A stretch of 64,000 nucleotides of DNA from Escherichia coli (GTDB taxonomy: Bacteria > Pseudomonadota > Gammaproteobacteria > Enterobacterales > Enterobacteriaceae): NCBI RefSeq assembly GCF_003334385.1, contig NZ_QOWN01000015.1; one strand, written 5' to 3'. The translations under genes and the position numbers were made by a program. This document shows positions 23,246 through 34,187 of this stretch, piece by piece. The stretch's first letter is position 1, and each line of letters begins with the position of its first letter. Below the pieces are notes generated by a model. The model saw nothing but the letters and a program-made list of their open reading frames with translations, did not search any database and was not told where the DNA came from.

Positions 23246-24247
23246 TTAACGCGCCAGGAATGCACGCCAGTGGGCGGCGACTTCCGCCAGTTGTTCGCGC
23301 GAGACGTCAAGATGCGTCACCAGGCGGACAATCGGCGAGGCGTTAATCAGCACGTTTCTCGCTTTCATGTATTCGCCTAACGCGGCAGCATTTTCTTCCC
23401 CGACGCGAACAAACAGCATATTGGTGTCCTGACGCATCACATCCGCGCCTGCTTCACGCAGCTGCTCCGCCATCCAGGCAGCGTTGTCGTGGTCTTCCTG
23501 CAAGCGCGCAACGTTATTTTTCAGGGCATATATCCCGGCGGCAGCCAGAATGCCGGACTGGCGCATCCCGCCACCTGTCATTTTCCGCCAGCGAATGGCA
23601 CGTTTAATGTAATCACGATTACCGACGAGTAATGAACCGACTGGCGTCCCAAGACCTTTCGACAGGCAAATGGTGAACGAATCACAATATTGCGTGATCT
23701 CTTTCAGTTCGCAGCCGTAAGCCACCACGGCATTAAAGATGCGCGCACCGTCAACATGCAGCGCCAGATTGCGCTCGCGGGTAAATTCCCATGCTTCTTT
23801 CAGGTATTCCCGCGGCAACACTTTGCCGTTGTGGGTGTTTTCCAGACTGAGTAATTTGGTGCGGGCGAAATGGATATCGTCGGGTTTGATTTTCATCGCC
23901 ACTTTATCCAGCGGTAGCGTGCCGTCGGCAGCCGCGTCTATGGGTTGCGGTTGAATACTGCCCAGCACCGCCGCGCCACCGGCTTCAAACAGATAGTTAT
24001 GCGCGGCCTGACCGACAATATACTCTTCGCCGCGTTCGCAGTGACTGAGCAGAGCGACCAGGTTGGCCTGAGTGCCGGTAGGCAGAAAAATGGCGGCTTC
24101 TTTACCGGAAAGCTCTGCTGCGTAGTCCTGCAGAGCATTAACGGTAGGGTCGTCTCCGTAAACGTCGTCCCCAACCGGGGCGGCCATCATCGCTTCGAGC
24201 ATGGCGCGGCTTGGTCGGGTAACGGTATCACTGCGTAAATCAATCAT
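23246..24247 (-). CDS. ltaE: Low-specificity L-threonine aldolase, 333 aa
   Basis: [20 protein letters not shown]... PLP-dependent aldolase family. Confidence 0.95.
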   Translation of the reverse strand: MIDLRSDTVTRPSRAMLEAMMAAPVGDDVYGDDPTVNALQDYAAELSGKEAAIFLPTGTQANLVALLSHCERGEEYIVGQAAHNYLFEAGGAAVLGSIQPQPIDAAADGTLPLDKVAMKIKPDDIHFARTKLLSLENTHNGKVLPREYLKEAWEFTRERNLALHVDGARIFNAVVAYGCELKEITQYCDSFTICLSKGLGTPVGSLLVGNRDYIKRAIRWRKMTGGGMRQSGILAAAGIYALKNNVARLQEDHDNAAWMAEQLREAGADVMRQDTNMLFVRVGEENAAALGEYMKARNVLINASPIVRLVTHLDVSREQLAEVAAHWRAFLAR

Positions 24248-24283
24248 GGCATGTCCTTATTATGACGGGAAATGCCACCCTTT

Positions 24284-26002
24284 TTACCTTAGCCAGTTTG
24301 TTTTCGCCAGTTCGATCACTTCATCACCGCGTCCGCTGATGATTGCGCGCAGCATATACAGGCTGAAACCTTTGGCCTGTTCGAGTTTGATCTGCGGTGG
24401 AATGGCTAACTCTTCTTTGGCGACCACCACATCCACCAACACCGGACCGTCGATGGAGAAGGCGCGTTGCAGGGCTTCATCAACTTCAGACGCTTTTTCT
24501 ACACGGATACCCGTAATGCCGCACGCTTCGGCAATGCGGGCAAAGTTTGTGTCGTGTAGTTCGGTGCCGTCAGTCAAATAGCCACCAGCTTTCATCTCCA
24601 TCGCCACAAAGCCCAGCACGCTGTTGTTAAAGACGACAATTTTCACTGGCAGTTTCATCTGCACTACTGAGAGGAAATCGCCCATCAACATGCTAAAACC
24701 GCCATCGCCGCACATGGCGACCACCTGACGTTCTGGCTCTGTCGCCTGCGCACCCAGCGCCTGCGGCATGGCGTTAGCCATCGAACCGTGGTTAAACGAA
24801 CCTAACAGGCGACGCTTGCCGTTCATTTTTAGATAACGTGCCGCCCACACCGTTGGCGTACCAACGTCACAGGTGAAAATAGCGTCATCGGCGGCAAAAT
24901 GACTAATTTGCTGCGCCAGATATTGCGGGTGAATGGCTTTCTCGCTCGGTTTAGCTAAATCGTCCAGCCCTTTGCGGGCGTCGCGGTAATCTTCCAGCGC
25001 TTTATCCAGAAACTTGCGATCGGCTTTTTCTTCCACCAATGGAAGCAATGCACGCAGAGTCGACTTGATATCGCCGACCAGTGCCATATCCACCTTGCTG
25101 TGAGCGCCGATGCTGGCTGGGTTGATATCAATCTGAATGATTTTGGCATCGGTCGGGTAGAAGGCGCGGTAGGGAAATTGCGTGCCGAGTAGCACTAACG
25201 TGTCGGCGTTCATCATGGTATGGAAACCTGACGAGAAGCCGATTAACCCGGTCATTCCAACATCATACGGATTATCGTATTCGACATGTTCTTTACCGCG
25301 CAGGGCATGAACAATAGGCGCTTTAATTTTCCCGGCAAACTCAACTAACTCTTTATGCGCCCCCGCGCAGCCGCTGCCACACATCAGGGCGATATTGCTG
25401 GAATAACGCAGCAGTTGCGCCAGTTTGCGTAACTCTTCTTCTTCCGGCGTCACGACTGGTTGTGGCGCATGATACCAGTGCATGGTTGCCCCTTCTGGCG
25501 CAGGTTTTAACGCCACGTCGCCTGGTAACACGACAACCGAAACGCCACGGTTAAGCACCGCTTTGCGCATGGCAATCGCCAGTACTTGTGGGATCTGCTC
25601 CGGGCTGGAAACCAGCTCGCAATAGTGACTACATTCGCGGAATAGCTCTTGTGGGTGGGTTTCCTGGAAATAGCCGCTGCCAATTTCGCTGGAGGGAATA
25701 TGAGCGGCAATCGCCAGTACCGGAACGTGATTGCGGTGGCAATCGAACAGGCCGTTGATTAAGTGCAGGTTGCCGGGGCCGCACGATCCGGCGCAGACCG
25801 CCAGTTCTCCGCTAAGTTGTGCTTCAGCGCCAGCGGCAAAGGCCGCCACTTCTTCGTGGCGGGTGGACATCCACTCGATGGTGCCCATGCGATTAAGACT
25901 GTCACTAAGACCGTTCAGAGAGTCGCCTGTGACTCCCCAGATGCGTTTCACCCCTGCCGATTCGAGTGTTTTGGCGATATAAGCTGCAACCGTTTGTTTC
26001 AT
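24284..26002 (-). CDS. poxB: Pyruvate oxidase (ubiquinone-dependent pyruvate dehydrogenase), ThDP/FAD enzyme, 572 aa
   Basis: ThDP-binding motif GDGGFSM...N; 572-aa length and sequence recognised as PoxB. Confidence 0.95.
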
Positions 26003-26134
26003 GGTTCTCCATCTCCTGAATGTGATAACGGTAACAAGTTTAGTTCATCTGACGGAGGGGGAAGGGATGGGAGAGAAAGGAGGCGCTAACGGTTAAATAG
26101 CCCGATGAAAGGAATATCATCGGGCATAAGGCGA

Positions 26135-27103
26135 TTATGCGAGAACCAAATCCCCCTGCGGATGGCAGGAGCAGGCCAGTACGTAACCTTCAGCGATTTC
26201 GGCGTCGGTCAGCGTCATTGTGCTGCTCACCGTATATTCACCGGAAACCACTTTTGTCTTACAGCAGCCGCAAACACCCGCACGGCAGGCAGCGACAACC
26301 GGAACGTTATTGCTTTCCAGCGCCTCCAGTAGCGTGGTGCCAACCGGGGCGTAAAATTCTCGTGCCGGTTGCAGTTTGGTGAATTTCAGACCGCTGGTCG
26401 CCGCTTCTGCTACTGGGGTGAAGAATTTCTCTTTAAAGAAACGCGTCACGCCGAGCGCTTTCACTTCCTGCTCTACCCAATCCATATACGGAGCCGGGCC
26501 GCAGGTCATCACGGTACGTGAAGCTAAGTCAGGTACACCTGCCAGCAGTTCGCGAGTGAGACGACCAGCGATAAAGCCTTCGGTAACGTTATTTTCTGCC
26601 ACCAGCGTTACCGGATAGTTACGCCACTCATCGGCGAAAATAACATCCTGCGGCGTACGCACGTTGTAGATCACCCGCACATCGGCCTGTGGACGGTTCT
26701 TCGCAAGCCAGCGACGCATCGACATAATCGGCGTGACGCCGCAGCCTGCCGCCAGCAACAGGAATTTATCTTCTGCTTTATCGTCGCAGGTAAATTCCCC
26801 CATCGCGTCCGAAAGCCAGAGATAATCACCGCGTTTTACATCGCGCGTCAGCCACTGGGAGCCGACACCGTCATCAATCCGCCGCACGGTCAGGGTGATA
26901 TATTCACTCACGCCTGGCGTGGAGGAAATGGTGTAAGCACGCAGCGTTTCCGCTGAGTTTCGCACGCTGACCAGTGCATATTGCCCGGCGCGATATGGGT
27001 AGTAATCGTGGCAAATCAGGGAAATCGTCCACACATCCGGCGTTTCTTGCGTAATGTGATGAACCTGCATCCGCCACGGGCATTGATTCGTTGGCATCGT
27101 CAT
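26135..27103 (-). CDS. hcr: NADH oxidoreductase Hcr (FAD/NAD-binding plus 2Fe-2S ferredoxin domain), 322 aa
   Basis: C-terminal CRAGVCGCC...C 2Fe-2S motif; lies directly downstream of hcp. Confidence 0.95.
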   Translation of the reverse strand: MTMPTNQCPWRMQVHHITQETPDVWTISLICHDYYPYRAGQYALVSVRNSAETLRAYTISSTPGVSEYITLTVRRIDDGVGSQWLTRDVKRGDYLWLSDAMGEFTCDDKAEDKFLLLAAGCGVTPIMSMRRWLAKNRPQADVRVIYNVRTPQDVIFADEWRNYPVTLVAENNVTEGFIAGRLTRELLAGVPDLASRTVMTCGPAPYMDWVEQEVKALGVTRFFKEKFFTPVAEAATSGLKFTKLQPAREFYAPVGTTLLEALESNNVPVVAACRAGVCGCCKTKVVSGEYTVSSTMTLTDAEIAEGYVLACSCHPQGDLVLA

Positions 27104-27114
27104 CGACAAACTCC

Positions 27115-28767
27115 TTACGCGCTCAACAGTTGCTTCATGTCTTCTTCAACAGTGGTGATAGAACGCAGGCCGAATTTCTCGTTCAGCACCGCCAGCAGGT
27201 CTGGTGTCAGGAAACCAGGTGCAGTCGGGCCGGTGACGATATTTTTCACGCCCAGAGAAAGCAGCGTCAGCAGAATGACGATCGCTTTCTGTTCAAACCA
27301 GGAGAGCACCAGCGACAGCGGCAGATCGTTGACACCGCAGCCCAGTTTCTCTGCCAGAGTGACAGCCAGAATAATCGCTGAGTAAGCATCGTTACATTGA
27401 CCTGCATCTACCAGACGCGGCAGACCTTCGATATCGCCAAACTCAAGTTTGTTAAAGCGATATTTACCACAGGCGAGGGTCAGGATCAGGCAGTCATCCG
27501 GCACGCTGGTGGCGAAATCGGTGAAGTAGTGGCGCTCGCCGCGTGCGCCGTCACAGCCACCAAGCAGGAAGATATGACGCAGTTTTTCACGGCTCACCAG
27601 ATCAATCAGCGTATCAGCAGCGCCAAGCAGCGTCTGGCGACCAAAACCCACGGTGATAAGGTGCGGAATTTCGCTGTACGGGAAGCCTGCCATCTGTTGC
27701 GCCTGGGTGATAACCGCAGAGAAATCATCACCGTCCAGATGACGCACGCCAGGCCAGCCAACAATGCTGCGGGTCCAGATACGATCGTCATAAGCGCCTA
27801 CGGTTGGGTCGATGATGCAGTTCGAGGTCATCACGATGGGGCCAGGGAAACGAGCGAACTCCACTTGCTGATTCTGCCAGCCGCTGCCGTAGTTACCGAC
27901 CAGATGCTTGAATTTACGCAGCTCCGGGTAGCCATGCGCAGGCAGCATTTCGCCGTGGGTGTAGACATTAACGCCCGTGCCTTCGGTCTGTTCCAGCAGG
28001 TTGTAGAGATCTTTGAGATCGTGACCGGAAATCAGAATGCATTTACCCGCCGTCGCTTTGACGTTGACCTGGGTTGGCGTCGGGTGACCGTATTTACCGG
28101 TTTCGCCTGCATCCAGAATGCTCATCACTTTGAAGTTCATCTGGCCGATTTCCATTGAACACTCAAGAAGCGCGTTCATATCGGCAGGCCAGGTCCCCAG
28201 CCACGCCATGATTTTATGGTACTGGGCATAAATATCGTTGTCGTATTGACCGAGAACATGCGCGTGTTCCATATAGGCCGCCGCACCTTTCAGGCCATAC
28301 AGGCACAGCAGACGCAGGCCGAGAATGTTTTCGCCAATCGCCGCTTTATCTTTGTTAGGGGTAAATTCTGCTGCCTGACGTTGCAGCTCGCCGAGATCGT
28401 CGCTCACCAGTTGCAGGTCAGCCATCGGGTTATCGACGCGCGCGTTGGCATCTACAGCCAGGCATTGCGCTTTCAGCGCCTCGCGCAGGGCAATCGCTTC
28501 ACGAGCGTAGCCGACAATACGCGGAGAATCGAAGTTAACGTTGGTCAGGGTTGAGAAAAAGGCACGTGGCGCGAAGCTGTCAACATCGTGGTTGATGATG
28601 CCGTATTCACGCGCTTTTACCGCCCAGGCAGAAAGCCCTTGCAGCGCCGCGATGAGTAAATCCTGAAGGTCAGAAGTTTCCGCCGTTTTACCACACATCC
28701 CCTGCGCGTATGAGCAGCCGTTTCCTGCCGGAGTACGGATAGTTTGTTCACATTGCACACAAAACAT
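27115..28767 (-). CDS. hcp: Hybrid-cluster protein / hydroxylamine reductase Hcp, 550 aa
   Basis: N-terminal MFCVQCEQT Cys cluster; start trimmed to ATG 28767. Confidence 0.95.
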
Positions 28768-28910
28768 GATCACACCTTTTAAAGTTATATTTAATATACA
28801 TGTTTAAGGTTAAGACGCTTAACGCGGGGATAAAAGGGATTTTTCATGCAACTTTAAGGGAGATTGATTTAGCGCAATTTTGGCGGCAGGGATCTACCGC
28901 CAGAGAGGTA
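28768..28910 (-). promoter_or_regulatory. hcp-hcr promoter region with a candidate FNR-like half-site pair (TTGAT-N4-CGCAA at 28863..28876) and an AT-rich imperfect palindrome
   Basis: Intergenic region upstream of hcp; motif read by eye. hcp is recalled as anaerobically induced (FNR, NsrR). Exact sites are not verified. Confidence 0.3.
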
Positions 28911-29810
28911 TTACGCAGAGAAAAAGGCGATGAGGATCGGCACTAACAGGCTAAGAATAAAACCGTGAACAATTGCCGCCGGGACCATATCCAGCCCGCC
29001 AGTACGTTGAAGAACGGGCAGGGTGAAATCCATTGATGTGGCACCGCATAAGCCCAGTGCAGTAGAGCGGCTGCGGCGAATCAGCCCAGGGATCAACATA
29101 ATAGCAATCAGTTCACGGGCCAGATCATTAAAAAACGCCGCGCTCCCGATTACCGGACCAAAAGATTCGGTCAATAAAATACCGGAAAGAGAATACCAGC
29201 CGAAACCGGAGGCCATTGCCAGCGCGGTATTGATGGGGAGATCAAGAATAAAGGCGTTAATTAAACCACCAATTAATGAACTGACAACCACCACCACGGC
29301 GACAATCATTCCCCGGCGATTAAGGACAATCTGCTTTAAGGTCATGCCATTATTGCGCAACTGAATACCAACGAGGAAAAGTAGCAAAATTAACGTGTAT
29401 TCACTGGCTTCGGTCGCGTGTTGTAAGAAAGCCAGTCCACTTAGACCAATGGCAAAACCAATCACTACTACGCCGCACAGTTTTAGCGACTCCAGCGCCA
29501 TCGCAATACGCGACGGGAGTTTTTCTTGCTGATGGTGGTTGCGCCACGGCAGGCCTCGCTCCAGCCACATCAGGGCGGCAATATTACACAGTAAAATAAC
29601 GGTAATACTGACGGCAGAATAATGCAGAATCGCCAACAGGTTACTGGCGAGGTTATCGAGAAACGCCAGACTGATACCCATAAAAAAGAGAATAAGGTAA
29701 ACCATCCAGCTTAATAGCTGATTAATAACTTTTAACGCAGCTTGTTGGCGGAGCGGAATGAGGTAACCCACAATCAGGGGAACCAGAATGATTAACAGCC
29801 CAGAAAACAT
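28911..29810 (-). CDS. ybjE: Inner membrane protein YbjE (LysO), putative L-lysine exporter, 299 aa
   Basis: Start trimmed to MFSGLLIILVPL (ATG 29810); multi-TM protein. Confidence 0.85.
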   Translation of the reverse strand: MFSGLLIILVPLIVGYLIPLRQQAALKVINQLLSWMVYLILFFMGISLAFLDNLASNLLAILHYSAVSITVILLCNIAALMWLERGLPWRNHHQQEKLPSRIAMALESLKLCGVVVIGFAIGLSGLAFLQHATEASEYTLILLLFLVGIQLRNNGMTLKQIVLNRRGMIVAVVVVVSSLIGGLINAFILDLPINTALAMASGFGWYSLSGILLTESFGPVIGSAAFFNDLARELIAIMLIPGLIRRSRSTALGLCGATSMDFTLPVLQRTGGLDMVPAAIVHGFILSLLVPILIAFFSA

Positions 29811-29984
29811 GAAAACCCAGTCCTTGCAAAGATGAAGTCGAAATGCGCGATGACACACTACTGAAAGCGGAAGGACGAGTAAAGTTGCAATTAAAAGGAA
29901 ATGTTATGCATAAGGAGCAGTAGAGTATTCGTTTTCATTTAAAGATATTCTTGCGCTTTAATTACAAACTGCACCGATGTTGGT

Positions 29985-30185
29985 GGCGTCAAAATCGCCG
30001 AGGCGTTCCCTGAAGGCCGGGGCAGCCCACATGGATGTGGGCTGAGGGCGCGTTTTACAGGGATGTTACCTCGCGCCCGACCCGGTAGCCGTAAGGGATA
30101 AGTCGAGGGCACCGCGCAGCGGCGATTTTGTTCGCCAGAGCCCGGGGGTGCAGGGGGCGGCGGCGATTGGCCGCCCCCTGCGCGC
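29985..30185. repeat. GC-rich nested-palindrome intergenic element (several strong hairpins)
   Basis: Perfect inverted repeats cagcccacat/atgtgggctg (30023..30044), cagggggcggc/gccgccccctg (30151..30180), gggcgcg/cgcgccc (30046..30079), and long-range caaaatcgccg/cggcgattttg (29990..30130). Confidence 0.5.
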
Positions 30186-30264
30186 TCCTTGCGCCAGTGG
30201 CAATATGTTGCTTAGCTCATGAAAGGAGCGCAACAAGATGATGAATCAACATATAACAACATCT

Positions 30265-30294
30265 TAAAAAAAGGCCTGACATTACGCCAGGCCT
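30265..30294 (-). terminator. Intrinsic terminator of aqpZ
   Basis: Hairpin aggcctg...caggcct followed on the minus strand by a 7-nt T-run. Confidence 0.65.
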
Positions 30295-30304
30295 TCTGCG
30301 TTAA

Positions 30305-31000
30305 TTAATCACGCTTTTCCAGCAGGGGCCGGTAAATCAGACCACCGATAATGCCGCCGACAATTGGCACCACCCAGAAGAACCACAGTTGTTCTAATGC
30401 CCAGCCGCCCTGGAAGATAGCAACCGCGGTGCTGCGCGCCGGGTTAACAGAAGTGTTAGTCACCGGAATACTAATTAAGTGAATCAGGGTTAAGGCCAGA
30501 CCAATAGCGATCGGCGCAAAACCTGCCGGCGCGAATTTGTCGGTTGCGCCGTGGATCACCAACAGGAAACCTGCACTCAATACCAGTTCAACTACCAGCG
30601 CGGAAAGCATGGAATAACCGCCTGGTGAATGCTCGCCATAACCGTTAGAAGCAAAACCGCTGGCTGCCGCGTCAAAACCCGTTTTACCACTGGCAATTAA
30701 ATACAGCAGCGCCGCTGCAACAATACCGCCGACAACCTGGGCAATTACGTAGCCAACGACTTCTTTTGCCGGAAAACGTCCGCCAGCCCATAAACCAATA
30801 GTGACCGCCGGGTTAAAATGACCACCAGAAATATGACCAACAGCAAAGGCCATCGTCAGAACGGTCAGACCGAACGCCAACGCCACGCCGGCAAAACCAA
30901 TGCCTAATTCCGGGAAGCCTGCGGCCAGTACAGCACTACCACAGCCACCAAAAACAAGCCAGAAAGTACCAAAACATTCAGCTGCTAATTTTCTGAACAT
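30305..31000 (-). CDS. aqpZ: Aquaporin Z, 231 aa
   Basis: Two NPA motifs ([18 protein letters not shown]); start trimmed to MFRKLAAE. Confidence 0.95.
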   Translation of the reverse strand: MFRKLAAECFGTFWLVFGGCGSAVLAAGFPELGIGFAGVALAFGLTVLTMAFAVGHISGGHFNPAVTIGLWAGGRFPAKEVVGYVIAQVVGGIVAAALLYLIASGKTGFDAAASGFASNGYGEHSPGGYSMLSALVVELVLSAGFLLVIHGATDKFAPAGFAPIAIGLALTLIHLISIPVTNTSVNPARSTAVAIFQGGWALEQLWFFWVVPIVGGIIGGLIYRPLLEKRD

Positions 31001-31425
31001 ATCCACCTCAATTAAAAATTGACCCTGTGAAAAATATGGTCGTTTTATAGGGTCGTCGTAAAAAAGTGACGACGGAAATAATGCGCGGCTATTTTAAAAA
31101 CGAAGGCGAGTCATTCACCAGATAAATAAATCCAGTAAATTTGATTTAGGGCAACAGCGGGTTGCCCCATATAGTCATTTGTCTGATTGACAGTGTAGTG
31201 CACGCAAAAGATTTAATCCTTTAGGCGTAATAAAAAATAATTTATCATGCTAATTATTTGATTTTGTTGTTTTTGCAGACTTATCAGCAAGAGGGAGTAT
31301 AACGCGATTATTCGCTCATTTTTCAGACATTTGCCATGCTTAAATGTGATGTCATCACGTATTAGCAAGGCCTTTCCCGTTATACTGCCAGCGTAAAGGA
31401 TAAGTCACATATTTCTGGAGGGGAT

Positions 31426-33084
31426 ATGATTCTTGAGCGCGTTGAAATTGTGGGTTTTCGCGGTATCAACCGTTTGTCGTTGATGCTGGAACAAAACAAC
31501 GTCCTGATTGGGGAGAACGCGTGGGGTAAATCCAGCTTGCTGGACGCCTTAACTCTGCTGCTATCGCCAGAATCAGATCTCTACCATTTTGAGCGCGACG
31601 ATTTCTGGTTCCCGCCGGGAGATATCAACGGGCGAGAACATCATCTGCATATTATTTTGACCTTCCGCGAATCGCTGCCAGGCCGACATCGGGTTCGCCG
31701 TTATCGGCCGCTGGAAGCGTGCTGGACGCCATGCACCGATGGCTATCACCGTATTTTTTATCGTCTGGAAGGGGAGAGTGCGGAAGACGGCAGCGTGATG
31801 ACACTGCGCAGTTTTCTCGATAAAGACGGACATCCGATTGATGTCGAGGATATTAACGATCAGGCACGCCATCTGGTGCGTTTAATGCCGGTGCTGCGCT
31901 TGCGTGATGCCCGTTTTATGCGCCGTATTCGTAACGGCACGGTGCCAAATGTCCCTAATGTGGAAGTCACCGCGCGCCAGCTCGATTTCCTCGCCCGTGA
32001 GTTATCCTCACATCCGCAAAATCTCTCTGATGGGCAGATTCGTCAGGGACTTTCCGCAATGGTACAGCTGCTTGAGCATTATTTCTCTGAGCAGGGGGCC
32101 GGACAGGCGCGATATCGTTTAATGCGGCGGCGAGCCAGCAATGAGCAACGAAGCTGGCGCTATCTGGATATCATCAACCGGATGATTGACCGACCTGGTG
32201 GGCGCTCGTATCGGGTTATTTTGCTCGGCCTATTTGCTACTTTGTTGCAGGCAAAAGGCACATTGCGACTGGATAAAGACGCCCGTCCATTGTTGCTGAT
32301 CGAAGATCCAGAAACCCGTTTACACCCCATTATGCTTTCAGTTGCCTGGCATCTGTTGAATCTTCTGCCATTGCAGCGCATTGCCACCACCAACTCGGGT
32401 GAGTTGCTTTCGTTAACGCCGGTAGAGCATGTTTGCCGACTGGTACGTGAGTCCTCGCGCGTTGCCGCCTGGCGTCTGGGGCCGAGTGGCTTGAGTACCG
32501 AAGATAGCCGACGCATATCCTTTCACATTCGTTTTAACCGTCCGTCATCGCTGTTTGCACGCTGCTGGTTGCTGGTGGAAGGGGAAACGGAAACCTGGGT
32601 TATCAATGAACTGGCGCGTCAGTGCGGACATCATTTTGATGCCGAAGGGATCAAGGTCATTGAGTTTGCCCAGTCCGGGCTAAAGCCACTGGTTAAATTT
32701 GCCCGCCGAATGGGGATTGAATGGCATGTACTGGTCGATGGCGATGAAGCAGGGAAGAAATATGCCGCTACGGTACGCAGCCTGTTGAATAACGATCGGG
32801 AAGCCGAACGAGAACATTTAACGGCGTTACCGGCGCTGGATATGGAACATTTTATGTATCGCCAGGGATTTTCCGATGTGTTCCACCGCATGGCGCAAAT
32901 CCCGGAAAATGTACCGATGAATCTACGCAAAATTATCTCGAAAGCGATCCATCGCTCTTCCAAACCCGATCTTGCCATTGAAGTGGCAATGGAGGCAGGA
33001 CGTCGTGGTGTGGACTCCGTACCGACGCTGCTGAAAAAAATGTTCTCACGCGTGCTGTGGCTGGCGCGCGGTCGCGCGGATTAA
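31426..33084 (+). CDS. ybjD: OLD-family ATP-dependent endonuclease homologue YbjD (ABC-ATPase N-terminus plus Toprim C-terminus), 552 aa
   Basis: N-terminal Walker A-like GENAWGKSSLLDAL; C-terminal region with the acidic LLVEGETE...DGDEAG pattern typical of Toprim; 4-bp convergent overlap with ybjX. Confidence 0.85.
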   Translation: MILERVEIVGFRGINRLSLMLEQNNVLIGENAWGKSSLLDALTLLLSPESDLYHFERDDFWFPPGDINGREHHLHIILTFRESLPGRHRVRRYRPLEACWTPCTDGYHRIFYRLEGESAEDGSVMTLRSFLDKDGHPIDVEDINDQARHLVRLMPVLRLRDARFMRRIRNGTVPNVPNVEVTARQLDFLARELSSHPQNLSDGQIRQGLSAMVQLLEHYFSEQGAGQARYRLMRRRASNEQRSWRYLDIINRMIDRPGGRSYRVILLGLFATLLQAKGTLRLDKDARPLLLIEDPETRLHPIMLSVAWHLLNLLPLQRIATTNSGELLSLTPVEHVCRLVRESSRVAAWRLGPSGLSTEDSRRISFHIRFNRPSSLFARCWLLVEGETETWVINELARQCGHHFDAEGIKVIEFAQSGLKPLVKFARRMGIEWHVLVDGDEAGKKYAATVRSLLNNDREAEREHLTALPALDMEHFMYRQGFSDVFHRMAQIPENVPMNLRKIISKAIHRSSKPDLAIEVAMEAGRRGVDSVPTLLKKMFSRVLWLARGRAD

Positions 33085-34073
33085 CCGCGAAACATCGTGG
33101 CCATTTGTGGCTGAATAGCGTCGAGCATCTCATAGCGCCGACGGTATTCAGCCCGTTTTTTACTGGCGATTTCGGCAATCTCTTTTCGTGCTATCTGTGC
33201 TGGAAGGCGGTAATGGCGTTCAGCATCACATACGCCGCCAACCGATTCCCAGAAAGCGTTGTAATCAGCGTGGATCTTGCCTTCTTTATCGCGATAACGC
33301 AGGCTGCGGTAAATATGCGTTTCATTGCTGACGGCAATAATCTGCTCTACCTGCAAACGTTGGGCAAACAGACAGGCCGCTTCCATCACGAGGCGTTTGG
33401 GAAATAGCCCGTGGCAGGCTTTCGTCGCATTCTGGATTTCCTGATGTGGAATTTCCCATTTTGCGCCTTGCAGTCCGCCAATAAACATCGTTCTTTTCCC
33501 CTGATATTCACACAGGGTAAACGTGATCTCTGCCAGAGGAATACCTTCGCTGTTGCGGAACAGGATTGTGCTGTCACCTTCTTTATCCATTGAGATCATC
33601 ATGGTCAGCTCAAGCGTGAACTGCTCGCCGTTTTTGCCTTCCAGCTTCGCCAGTTGCAGCCCGGGGGTATTCAAATATAAGCTGAATTCTTCCGCCGACA
33701 TACATTCGCGGAGTAACGCATAATGGTAACGTAACGCCTCCAGCAATTGCTTACGGCTAAGATTCGCCGCAAGGTAAGGGCGATGCAGACGCACAGGCAG
33801 TCGCGGCTGGCGCGTTAACAATACATTGAGATTAGGCCAGTGGGAAAGTTCGTTCATCCACTCAACGCTTAAACGCGGCATAATCAACGAGCGCAGCAAA
33901 AATTTCTGGCGAAAACTACGGCGATGCCAGAATTTACCCGGCCGACACTGTCCACGTGCCAGACTAAGAAAAAGTGACAGGCTGCTGAGAGATTCAGATG
34001 GCGTAAAGGTCCGTTCAGTTAGCTGCGACATATTCATGAAATCAATGGTTATACATGGCGTCGATTTCACCAT
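33081..34073 (-). CDS. ybjX: VirK/DUF535-family protein YbjX, up to 330 aa (start ambiguous between 34073 and the downstream MNMSQL Met)
   Basis: ORF translation; synteny upstream of macA. Confidence 0.8.
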   Translation of the reverse strand: MVKSTPCITIDFMNMSQLTERTFTPSESLSSLSLFLSLARGQCRPGKFWHRRSFRQKFLLRSLIMPRLSVEWMNELSHWPNLNVLLTRQPRLPVRLHRPYLAANLSRKQLLEALRYHYALLRECMSAEEFSLYLNTPGLQLAKLEGKNGEQFTLELTMMISMDKEGDSTILFRNSEGIPLAEITFTLCEYQGKRTMFIGGLQGAKWEIPHQEIQNATKACHGLFPKRLVMEAACLFAQRLQVEQIIAVSNETHIYRSLRYRDKEGKIHADYNAFWESVGGVCDAERHYRLPAQIARKEIAEIASKKRAEYRRRYEMLDAIQPQMATMFRG

Positions 34074-34187
34074 TGCGTATCTTAACCAAACATCAATAGT
34101 GTGATTACTAACGTAAATTTTAGGGTTTTGTTGATATTTCGTTGAAGTTAATGACCCGGATTGGCATATGGAGTATTCAGAAAATTT

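Noticed and set aside
27397-28158. 253-aa plus-strand ORF
   Set aside because: Antisense to hcp; the hybrid-cluster protein on the minus strand is recognised over its full length.
29985-30185. Possibility that the GC-rich structured element is a lysine riboswitch leader for ybjE (lysO)
   Set aside because: I see no L-box-like conserved sequence I can recognise and cannot run a covariance model; kept only as a structured element of unknown function.
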